Virus record (IMG/VR): IMGVR_UViG_3300037521_000345
Location: 1 to 64,000 of that record
Source: a virus
Strand: one strand, 5' to 3'
Length of the DNA: 64,000 nt
A program made the translations under genes and the position numbers. The notes under the pieces were generated by a model. That model had not been told where the DNA came from. It did no database searches and saw nothing but the letters and a program-made list of their open reading frames with translations. Positions within the stretch are counted from its first letter, which is position 1. Every line of letters starts with the position of its first letter. Shown here one piece after another: positions 29,830 through 39,200 of this stretch.

Positions 29830-29845
29830 CTATATATATTAATAA
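29830..29845 (+). promoter_or_regulatory. recurring phage promoter-like motif A CTATATATATTAATAA
   Basis: Exact copy; flanks (TTCATTTT..AAAA upstream, CT downstream) also resemble the 41231 copy. Confidence 0.7.
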
Positions 29846-29850
29846 CTAAT

Positions 29851-30082
29851 AGAGTGGAACTTCCCTAAAGTAATGAGCGATAGAATAAATAATGATATCT
29901 TGACTGGATGTTATTTTAACTTCTGTCCCTCAAATTCACTCTGTCTTGTGCAGATCAAGTCCTGCTCGGAAAGGCCTCCGGGATCGGAAAGAGGACGTAT
30001 ATGGTGAAAGCAGTAGTTACTCATTTCTGTCTCCGCATAGGTGAGAGAACATCCTGCTTAATCGTCCCACTTGTTCTGCACA
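29851..30082 (+). ncRNA. putative structured non-coding RNA (two folded domains)
   Basis: Gap with no ORF in the track, relatively GC-rich; AGAGTGGA(29851)/TTCACTCT(29942) and TGTGCAGA-T-CAAGT(29947)/ACTTG-T-TCTGCACA(30082) enclosing stems; directly after motif A. Confidence 0.55.
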
Positions 30083-30163
30083 TTTCTTAATGGAAGTAAT
30101 TTAAGATAAAAGGAACAAATACATAATGAGGTATATTAATTTTTTTCTAAACTTTGAAAGGAT

Positions 30164-31090
30164 ATGAAAATGGAATTTAATTTAAAGGGTAAAAATATTC
30201 TTGTAGTTGGGGATATAATGTTAGATCATTATGTGATGGGCGAAGTTGAAAGAATAAGCGCAGAGGCGCCAGTTCCAATAGTTCATGTAGAAAAAGAATA
30301 CTCAACTCTTGGAGGTTGTGGACACGTAGCATCTAGTATAAAAGAATTGGGTGCCAATGTTTTTTGTCTAGCTTCTATTGGTCATGATCAATATGGAAAA
30401 CGAATAGTAGATTTATTGGATGAAATTCAAGCGTTTCCAATGTTAGTTATGGCATCAAAGAATACAATTGTTAAAGAAAGAGTTATTGCAAATCAAAGAA
30501 AAATACAAATGATTCGTATTGATAGAGAAACTATTCAACCAGTTGATTCTTCATTTCCTATTGGTTTTTTAAAAGAATATGATGAAATAACATACGATAT
30601 TATTGTAGTTTCTGATTATGGAAAAGGAATGATTACAAAGGATCTTATGAATTTTCTACACAAATTAGAAATACGAATAATTGTAGATCCTAAACCAAAA
30701 AATTTTAAACTATATAGTGATGTTTTTATGATAACTCCCAATGAAAAAGAATGGGAAGAGATTATTAAAATAACACTTCCAAGATCTCCCAACTCAATGA
30801 ATTATATATTATTAACAGAAGGAAAGAACGGAATGACATTGGTAGATAATCAAGATGAATCTAAAATTAAAATACATTCTGATCCAGTCGAAGTGTATAA
30901 TGTTTCAGGTGCAGGAGATACAGTAGTTTCAATTATGGCAGTCTGTTTATCTATGGGATGGAATGTGATTGATTCTGCTCATATTGCTAATAAATGTGCT
31001 GCATATGTTGTTACTCAAGTTGGAACATCTATAGTTCCAAAAGATTTATTTTTTGAAATTGTTAAAAATTATAAAAAAGGAATAATTTAA
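30164..31090 (+). CDS. rfaE: D-glycero-beta-D-manno-heptose-7-phosphate kinase (HldE/RfaE domain I, PfkB family)
   Basis: VVGDIMLDHY.GEVERISAEAPVP, SDYGKG, VDPK, TPNEKE, VSGAGDTV. Confidence 0.9.
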   Translation: MKMEFNLKGKNILVVGDIMLDHYVMGEVERISAEAPVPIVHVEKEYSTLGGCGHVASSIKELGANVFCLASIGHDQYGKRIVDLLDEIQAFPMLVMASKNTIVKERVIANQRKIQMIRIDRETIQPVDSSFPIGFLKEYDEITYDIIVVSDYGKGMITKDLMNFLHKLEIRIIVDPKPKNFKLYSDVFMITPNEKEWEEIIKITLPRSPNSMNYILLTEGKNGMTLVDNQDESKIKIHSDPVEVYNVSGAGDTVVSIMAVCLSMGWNVIDSAHIANKCAAYVVTQVGTSIVPKDLFFEIVKNYKKGII

Positions 31091-31092
31091 TA

Positions 31093-31108
31093 CTATATAT
31101 ATTAATAA
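31093..31108 (+). promoter_or_regulatory. recurring phage promoter-like motif A CTATATATATTAATAA
   Basis: Exact copy upstream of 31155 gene. Confidence 0.7.
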
Positions 31109-31154
31109 TTGAATAGTGATATTTTAACTTTAATCTTGAAAGGAGGAATTTTTA

Positions 31155-32594
31155 TTGCTTAACTTTGAGAAAGTAGCACCTAAACAATGGACATTATCAT
31201 ATGAAGATGAGATAATTCCATTAAAACTTGTAGCATCTACAGTGACAAACAAATATGAGATTGTCACAAATTTTATTTCAAGAGTTGATCAGTTTCATGG
31301 GGAAGAGTTTAGTAATTGGTTTATTACCTTGATAAAGGATTGTCAGGATGTTGACAAGAGAGCTGAAATATTTGTGAATAATATTCATAAGCTCAAAGTA
31401 TATGTGGATGAATATATGGAATCAACCAATGTAGACTACACTAAATTTGTAGATCTAACAAAAGTAAAGAAAAACTCTATATTATTCAGTCCAGATGAGA
31501 TTAAAAATATATTAAGATTATCTTGTTACTTAAAACTTTATTCTGTTATTTCAAATAATGAAGAGATGGCATTTGGCAAAACCCTCCATAAACAAATCTA
31601 TAATAAACTTGCTGATAATGTTATCGAGACAGATATAGCATCAAAATTATTTGATGTTATAAAAACAAAAACATTTAGATATAATTTATCAGATAAGTAT
31701 ATGTGGGATTATATTAAGAAAATTCAATGTAAAGATATTGGTTCCCATATAATCGAGATCTTCAATTTCATAATGAATTATATTATGGTTTTATGTGAAG
31801 ACGATAAAAATCCAATTACTTATTTTGTTGGAGTAATAGATCAAAGTGTAAAATGGATTCTTCGATCTGTCTATAAAGGAACTATTGTTTATGATGATAG
31901 TATATCAACTGAAGATATCCATGGTATCAATATAAATAACTTATTAACTTATTCTTTCAACGATACTCTTGGTAGAATAAAGGCAATAGCATATGAAAAA
32001 ATACATAATCAGTTAGAAAAATCTTCTTCCCTTACAATGGATGAGGAGGTATCAGACAAGGATTTAGTTGATTTTAATAATCGTATTGAACAAATTGAAT
32101 ATATTTCTCCTCTTTGTACATCAATGGTGTTTCCTTTATTATCAAGGATGACTAATATTTCATACGTTCATTTTAAAACTATTTCACCAGATCATGCAAG
32201 CATCTTATCATATTACTTACATAGTCTTTTACAAAAAGCATTTAAAGGAGAATATAGAAATGTATTTCTATTATTACAATATTATCCTTTAAGTCAACCC
32301 TCAATTAATACCACGTATAAGATAAAATCAATTCATGAATATATTAATGTTCAAGATTCTGTTCAAAACTTCTTTGGTTTTAATACCAAAATATTACCCC
32401 ATAAAATTCTTTGTCATTTTATTGGCAGAGTATCTAGAATAAATTTTTGTCATATTCTTACAGGACAGAAATTGTCTGGTATCCCTCTTAGTAAAGTTGA
32501 ATCAGATATGATTAAGTTTTATACTAATCTATTTTCTGGTCAACTAGATGGAAGGATACAACAATTGGTCCGTTTGATGAATCAAGACCTTTAA
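31155..32594 (+). CDS. hypothetical protein (479 aa) near RNA polymerase genes
   Basis: AGGAGG SD before TTG start; long ORF. Confidence 0.75.
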   Translation: MLNFEKVAPKQWTLSYEDEIIPLKLVASTVTNKYEIVTNFISRVDQFHGEEFSNWFITLIKDCQDVDKRAEIFVNNIHKLKVYVDEYMESTNVDYTKFVDLTKVKKNSILFSPDEIKNILRLSCYLKLYSVISNNEEMAFGKTLHKQIYNKLADNVIETDIASKLFDVIKTKTFRYNLSDKYMWDYIKKIQCKDIGSHIIEIFNFIMNYIMVLCEDDKNPITYFVGVIDQSVKWILRSVYKGTIVYDDSISTEDIHGININNLLTYSFNDTLGRIKAIAYEKIHNQLEKSSSLTMDEEVSDKDLVDFNNRIEQIEYISPLCTSMVFPLLSRMTNISYVHFKTISPDHASILSYYLHSLLQKAFKGEYRNVFLLLQYYPLSQPSINTTYKIKSIHEYINVQDSVQNFFGFNTKILPHKILCHFIGRVSRINFCHILTGQKLSGIPLSKVESDMIKFYTNLFSGQLDGRIQQLVRLMNQDL

Positions 32595-32682
32595 ATTAAA
32601 AAATAAATTTATTCATTTAAATATTATAGATAAATACAAGGAGTCATTATGACTACCACACAATTACTTAAAAAGTCATCGA

Positions 32683-32721
32683 GAGTGGGGAATTTTTAAA
32701 TCCCCACTCCAACTTTTTTTT
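32683..32721 (+). terminator. intrinsic terminator
   Basis: GAGTGGGGA/TCCCCACTC stem followed by T8 run. Confidence 0.75.
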
Positions 32722-32733
32722 CATCAGTTTTTT

Positions 32734-32741
32734 AGAACAAA
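32734..32741 (+). promoter_or_regulatory. recurring intergenic motif B AGAACAAA
   Basis: TTTAGAACAAA right after terminator and before the RNAP operon. Confidence 0.6.
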
Positions 32742-32781
32742 TGACAAATAAGGTGATATCCGATTATCTGGAGGAAATAAA

Positions 32782-33231
32782 ATGTCAACAAAAACAATTC
32801 AAGAACGATTTCAAACATTAAATGAATTAATAAGAACAGTAGCAACAAATCTCGAACCACATGATACAATCAAAGCTCTTCAACAAAAACAATTGAGAGA
32901 TAGATTAAGAGGAAAATATCCAAAGTGTTTTCTTTCTATTAAAGCAATGGGTGGACAAGATCCGGATTTTTTTCCAGTCTGTAATACAGCAGGAATGATA
33001 GATGTTAGAGCAATAGAGATATCTCTAAAAGCAGTTTCAAGATTGATGAACGATACCAGTGGAGCATATGATACTAATGATCTATCCATGATGTTAGCAA
33101 AACTTCAAAGGATGAAAGATGTCTATTCTAAGACTATTCCAAAACCACCCAATCAAGCAGGAAGAAAAGCAGTAGTCACCAGAATGATGAATAATGTTAA
33201 AGATCATTTAAAAGTAACTAGGACTGACTAA
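32782..33231 (+). CDS. hypothetical protein, first gene of RNAP operon
   Basis: 149 aa, GGAGG SD, coupled to beta' gene. Confidence 0.75.
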   Translation: MSTKTIQERFQTLNELIRTVATNLEPHDTIKALQQKQLRDRLRGKYPKCFLSIKAMGGQDPDFFPVCNTAGMIDVRAIEISLKAVSRLMNDTSGAYDTNDLSMMLAKLQRMKDVYSKTIPKPPNQAGRKAVVTRMMNNVKDHLKVTRTD

Positions 33232-36200
33232 TGAAAATAAAATTTCTTGATGTTGATAGATTTGTGAGAGGATTAGATCCTGTTACAACTGCTGAATTTA
33301 GAACTAGATCTGGAGAGTTTCATCCAGATGGTTTATTTAGTGAAAAAATATTTGGTGTTGAAAATTCTAGGGATCGAACCCAGACCTACTCATATATAAA
33401 TCTTAGTACTACAGTTATACATCCTGCTGCATTTATTATCTTTAAAAGAATTGATAAAAAACTAATTAATTTTTTTTCAACTGAAAAACTTTTTACAATT
33501 CAAGATAATGGATTATATTTTGAAACTGAAAAAGGGGTAACAGGAATCAAGGAATTTATTAAAGCATTTCCAAAGTTAGAATTTAAAGCTGGAACACCTG
33601 CAAGAGAAGGATTAATTGAAGTTTTGAAAGAGAATTATAAGAATGGTACATTATTCATTGATAAAATTCCGGTTATACCTCCTGAACTTAGACCAGCATA
33701 TATGGATGAAAAGGGTCAATGGATTATTGATGAGCTCAATCCCGTTTATATTGGTCTTTTAAGAAGAGCAACTCAAATAAAAGGTATTGGTAAATCAGGT
33801 GCATTGTTTGATCTGTTAAATTATAACTTACAATTAGCTGTTAATTCACATGATAAATATATTCGAACAAAGATCTCTAAAAAACATGGACTCATTAGAG
33901 ATAAAATGATGGGAAAAAGAGTTGATTTTTCAGCAAGAGCTGTTATTATTCCTGGACCAAAACTAAAAATTAATGATGTGGGATTACCTTTAAGAATAGG
34001 AATTCTTTTATTTCAACCTTTTATTATACACCATATGCTTTATTCTCAAAGATATCCAAGATATGCTGAATTAGAAAGTGAAATTAAAAATTATACTGAT
34101 TCTGAATTATCAGTCGATACAATAAAAAGAGTAATGAAAGGAATCAAGGATGATGATAAAATTCCTGTGTCCTTATATGAGCTATTTTTTGAAGTATGTG
34201 AAATCGTGATGAAAGATAGGGTTGTTATATTAAAACGCGACCCTGCACTACATGACGGTTCATATAGAGCATTTAACCCTATATTAACAAGAGGTAGTGA
34301 AATAGAATTATCAACAATGCAAGTTGCTTCTTTTAATGCAGATTTTGATGGAGATCAAATGGCAGTTTATCATCCTCTTTCAGATCAAGCTCAACAAGAA
34401 GCTAAAGAAAAAATGATGAGAGGAGTTGGAAGTAAAAGTTCAAATTCTATTATGTATGAGATTTCAAAAGAAATGAGTTTGGGTATTTACTTAATGACCA
34501 AAGCAACTAAATTAAAAAGTTCTCCAATAGCAGTAACAATGGATGATTTGAAAAAAGCAAATAATCCATACATCCCTGTTAGATTTAGAGGTCATAATAC
34601 AACAATGGGAAGAGCTATTTTAAATTCTTCATTTCCTTCTGACTTTAAATGGATTGATGGACAAGTTACAAAAAGTGATGTTAATAAATTAATTCCTGAA
34701 GTTATTGATAAATATGGGGATGAAGCTTCAGCTAATATTTTTACAAGTGTTAAGGATGTAGCATTTAAATTTGCAACGATTGGAGCATCTTCATTAACTT
34801 TAGATATATTAGATATACCTGATAGTATATTAAGATTGAAAGAAAAACTTGTAGGGTCATCTCCAGAAGAAGCTGATAAATTATTGAAAGAGATGGAAGT
34901 ATTATTAAAGAAACATTTAAAAGATACTGGTCTATACGATTTGATTGAATCTGGTTCTGCAAAAGGTTGGAGTCAACCAATGCAGATTCTTGTTGCTAAA
35001 GGTATTATTGCTGATACAAGTGGTAAATTGCTCGAACCTATTAAAGGATCATTTTCAGAAGGGTTAACAAATATAGAATATTTTAATGCAGCAGGTGGTG
35101 CTAGAAAAGGAATGGCAGATCGAGCTTTGAATACTGCTACAACTGGATATTTTACAAGACAACTTGTCTATGTATTATCTCCAGTAGAAGCACATCCTAC
35201 ACTAAAAGATTGTAAAACAAAACGAACTATTCAAATAAGATTAAATAATGATCTTATTAAAAGGATGTCAGGTCGATATATTATTAAAAGTGGTAAAATA
35301 GTTTTATTTAAAAAATCAGATTATAAACCAGGGGATGTTGTTAACTTAAGAACATCTATTTATTGTGAGTCTTATAAATTATGTCATACCTGTTATGGGG
35401 ATTTATTGAAACGTCATAAATCTCCTTATGTTGGAGTTCTAGCAGGAGCATCAATTGGAGAACGTGGAACTCAATTAATTATGAGAACATTTCATACTGG
35501 TGGTGCTGCTAGTATAGTTATTCGTGATGTTTTAGCAGATATTATTGATAATGATCCAATGATTGAAGTAGGTAAAACAAAGTTAGGCGAATATTTACAA
35601 CAGGAAGATGATAAATTAATAGCTAAAAAAGAATGTAATATAAAAATTGATCTGTCAACATATGAAGTAGAAAAATCTTATTTAATTGAAGAAGATAATG
35701 TTTGGTTTAATCACCTTGTTTCGCAAGTAGAATTTAATGATATAATTTTTAATATGGCACTTGATTATCCAGTTCATTTATTAAAACAGAATTTTAAAAA
35801 GGTAGGAAAAGAATCACTAATATTTAAGTATTCAATTGGAGATACGATATTAGAAATTCCTTTACAAACAACAGAGATTAAAGAGCAGGTGAATTATGTT
35901 AATAGATTAATTGGAGGTCGAGTAGTTTATAAGGATCCTTCTCATTTGTTAACAAAAGTTATGAAAGTGTATGGCGGAAGTATATCTGATTTAGACTTAT
36001 GCTATTTTGAAGTCCTATGTTCACAAGTTTTAAGAGATAGAAAGAATCAAGTATTACCTGCAAGACTTGGAAAGACTTGGGATCCTGTAATGATGAACAT
36101 TAAAAGCACAGTTTTTAGTACAAGTTTTATTCAGAGTTTAGCATTTGAAAACATCAATAAAGCTATTGAAACTGGATTGATTTCTAAACAAGATGTGCCT

Positions 36201-36248
36201 GCAACAATATTAGAGAAATTAGTGACAGGAGAGGATTTAAGGAAATAA
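33231..36248 (+). CDS. rpoC: phage multisubunit RNA polymerase beta' subunit
   Basis: GLFSEKIFG, GKRVDFSARAVI, KRDPALH, NADFDGDQM, ARKGMADRALNTATTGY, TQLIMRTFHTGG. Confidence 0.95.
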   Translation: MKIKFLDVDRFVRGLDPVTTAEFRTRSGEFHPDGLFSEKIFGVENSRDRTQTYSYINLSTTVIHPAAFIIFKRIDKKLINFFSTEKLFTIQDNGLYFETEKGVTGIKEFIKAFPKLEFKAGTPAREGLIEVLKENYKNGTLFIDKIPVIPPELRPAYMDEKGQWIIDELNPVYIGLLRRATQIKGIGKSGALFDLLNYNLQLAVNSHDKYIRTKISKKHGLIRDKMMGKRVDFSARAVIIPGPKLKINDVGLPLRIGILLFQPFIIHHMLYSQRYPRYAELESEIKNYTDSELSVDTIKRVMKGIKDDDKIPVSLYELFFEVCEIVMKDRVVILKRDPALHDGSYRAFNPILTRGSEIELSTMQVASFNADFDGDQMAVYHPLSDQAQQEAKEKMMRGVGSKSSNSIMYEISKEMSLGIYLMTKATKLKSSPIAVTMDDLKKANNPYIPVRFRGHNTTMGRAILNSSFPSDFKWIDGQVTKSDVNKLIPEVIDKYGDEASANIFTSVKDVAFKFATIGASSLTLDILDIPDSILRLKEKLVGSSPEEADKLLKEMEVLLKKHLKDTGLYDLIESGSAKGWSQPMQILVAKGIIADTSGKLLEPIKGSFSEGLTNIEYFNAAGGARKGMADRALNTATTGYFTRQLVYVLSPVEAHPTLKDCKTKRTIQIRLNNDLIKRMSGRYIIKSGKIVLFKKSDYKPGDVVNLRTSIYCESYKLCHTCYGDLLKRHKSPYVGVLAGASIGERGTQLIMRTFHTGGAASIVIRDVLADIIDNDPMIEVGKTKLGEYLQQEDDKLIAKKECNIKIDLSTYEVEKSYLIEEDNVWFNHLVSQVEFNDIIFNMALDYPVHLLKQNFKKVGKESLIFKYSIGDTILEIPLQTTEIKEQVNYVNRLIGGRVVYKDPSHLLTKVMKVYGGSISDLDLCYFEVLCSQVLRDRKNQVLPARLGKTWDPVMMNIKSTVFSTSFIQSLAFENINKAIETGLISKQDVPATILEKLVTGEDLRK

Positions 36249-36280
36249 CAGTCTGTGGAAGTATTTGGAGATAAACTCAT

Positions 36281-39200
36281 ATGATTAAATTTCAATCTTT
36301 AGTTCAATATTCAAGAGTAGTTGATGGAGTTCGTTTCTTTTCAGATAAGGATAGACCGTTCGTATTATTTTATTTCTCCGAGAATTCAACTCTATATGAA
36401 GATTATCCTAAAATGAATTTAAGAAGAATAGATGCAAGATATATAGTTGTTCCAATAACCCAGATACCTGTCTCTAGATTAACGGGCGATCAAAGAAAAG
36501 TTTATAAATCTTTTGGTTTACTTCCATTTCAATCAAATCAAGTATATCCCTTAAATGCAAATATTATATTCGATACCAGTAAATATGTTTCCTTGATAGA
36601 TAAGATGTATAAACCAACAACATATAGACAAAGAGCAGGTTTTCTTCTAAATAATTTTCTTTATAAATCATTTAATTCGTTTCCTGATAACTATGAAAAA
36701 GTTCTAATTTATACTGTTGATGTTAATAAACCAATCAATTCGTTTATAAATCGAAAGATTTTTCCTATATTAAGAACTATGAAAGGAGATGAAATTTCAT
36801 TTGATCATATGCTTATGGCATTGATTGGAGAGTCGTCAACTAGATATAGACTATTAGTTAAAGACAGAAACTATAAATTTGCAAGAGTTTCTCAATATAT
36901 AAGAAAAGTTAAAATGATTAGTTCAGATGATGAGAAAGAACAAGAAGTTAAAACAGCAACGAACTCATTTGATGAGAAAGATTCTAAAGTTAAAACAGCA
37001 ATTCAAAACTATTTAAATAAAAATGCTAAAGATCTTGAGAAAGTTTCTAATAATGAACTTGATAAAACAGAAAGAGATAGATTAACAATAGCTTCTATCT
37101 TATATAAATTAACAGGAGATTTTCAAAAGTCTCAAAGACTTGCAAAAGCTATTCCTAAAAAAAGTATTAAAACTGCAACTGAAAAGATAAGTCGTTTATA
37201 TAAAGATGACTTATTAACAGGTGAAAAAGCTGTTAGTCTTAGTGAATCATATATTGTTCAGGGAATAAATGTTTCCAGGGTAGTTCAAAATAAAACACCA
37301 GAGCATATATTTGACAAAAGAAGAATTGACTTTCAAACAAATTTAAAAAAGGATATGTCAAATGCTTTTAAAGTTTTAGAAAAAGGAAACGTTCCTATTA
37401 AATTTAATTCATTTAAAATTACTCATAAAAAAGGAAGAGCTGGAGAACTTAAAAAATCAGATGTTTCAATTATAACTGTAAGTATAACAGATGCAGCAGG
37501 AAAGAATCAAACATTTGAGTTTGAAATTCCACAGATTGATCCTGACTCTGGAACATTTAGAGTTAATGGTCAGCGCAAATGTTTAATTAATCAAATAGTG
37601 TTGACTCCAATAAGTTTTCCTAAACCTTATGATTCCAAATTTGAGAGTTCATATGCAAGATTCCATATCTATAGTAAGAAGACAAAGAGATTGTCGTATC
37701 TAGAAGCATACATGGGTTCCTTCCGCCTACCCTTGATGATACTGTTATCATATTGTTTTGGATTTGAAAAAACAGTTAAAAAATTAGGATTACAATATGA
37801 AATTGTAAAAGATAAACCTAATAAGGATGTAGTCTTTACAGAAGTTCCTTCTTCATATATGGTATTTAAAAATTTAGATACTGATTTAAAAAAGGAAATG
37901 GTAACATCATTCACGCACGCTAAAATTAATCAATACAACATTAAAAAAGATTTTTTATCAAAAGATTATTTTGTAGAGTTGATTATACAAATGACTGGAC
38001 GTGTCGATTCAACATATCTGATAAATAATAATATTGATTATATCGTTGATCCAGTTGCAAAACAAATTTTAGTTAATCAATTATTACCATATAAATTAGA
38101 AGATATTATGCATTATATGGCAACTAAATCTGTTGATGGTTATGTTCAAGAAAGAAATGATATTAAATATCAAAGAATTAGAAATTCAGAAATTTTAGTT
38201 CATTTAGCACAAAAACAATTTCTTAGTTCTTATACTGAATATAAAGAACAGTTTTTATCAGGAAATAAAGATGCTAAATTTAATTTTCCTCCAGGAGTTA
38301 TATTAAGTCAATTTACTAACTTAGAGATAGTTCAAAATATGGAGTATGCAAATCCAGTTGAAGAGATGGCAACAATTACAAAGATTTCTCCAGTTGGAAA
38401 AACAGTTGGAGGTATTCCAGATAAGGAAGGATTAAATCTTCAAGCTCGAAATGTTCATAGATCATATTTTGGAAATATTGATCCGGTGGATACAGCAGAA
38501 GGTGGTAACATTGGGGTAACCCAACAGTTGACAGTGGACGCATATTTAACATCCTCCCGTGGATTGTTTGGAATTAAAGATTTAAAAAATGATGAAGGAG
38601 CTGGAATATTATCTACAACACTTTCAATGGTTCCATTTATTGAAAACAATGAAGGTGCAAGAATGATAATGGCAGGTAATCAAGGAAAACAAATGTTACC
38701 TTTAAAAAATCCAGAACCTCCTATAGTTCAAACAGGATATGAGTCATTACTTTCAAATGTTTTGTCTAATAATTTTATCAAGAGATCACCTTGTGCTGGA
38801 AAAGTGACAAAAATTACTGGAGATTTTATTGAAATAGCTTGTAATAAAGGTTCTAAAAAGAAAGTTGTTATCACACCAGTTCAATTAAAATCAGGAGCTG
38901 GAAAAAATACATTGAGCACATTTAAACCATCTGTTGAGGTTGGACAATCAGTTAAAAATAAGCAAGTAATTGCAGAGGGAAGTTGTATTTCTGGCGGAAC
39001 TATTTCATTAGGAAGAAATCTTGCTACTTGTTATATGCCTTATCAAGGATATAATTTTGAAGATGGTCTTGTAATAAATGAACGATTAGTATCTGATGAT
39101 AAATTAACTTCTTTACATGGAATTGATGTTGAGGCAACAGTTGATCGTAAAGATAGAATTTTACATATTATTGATATTGGAGCTAAAACTAAAAAGGGTG

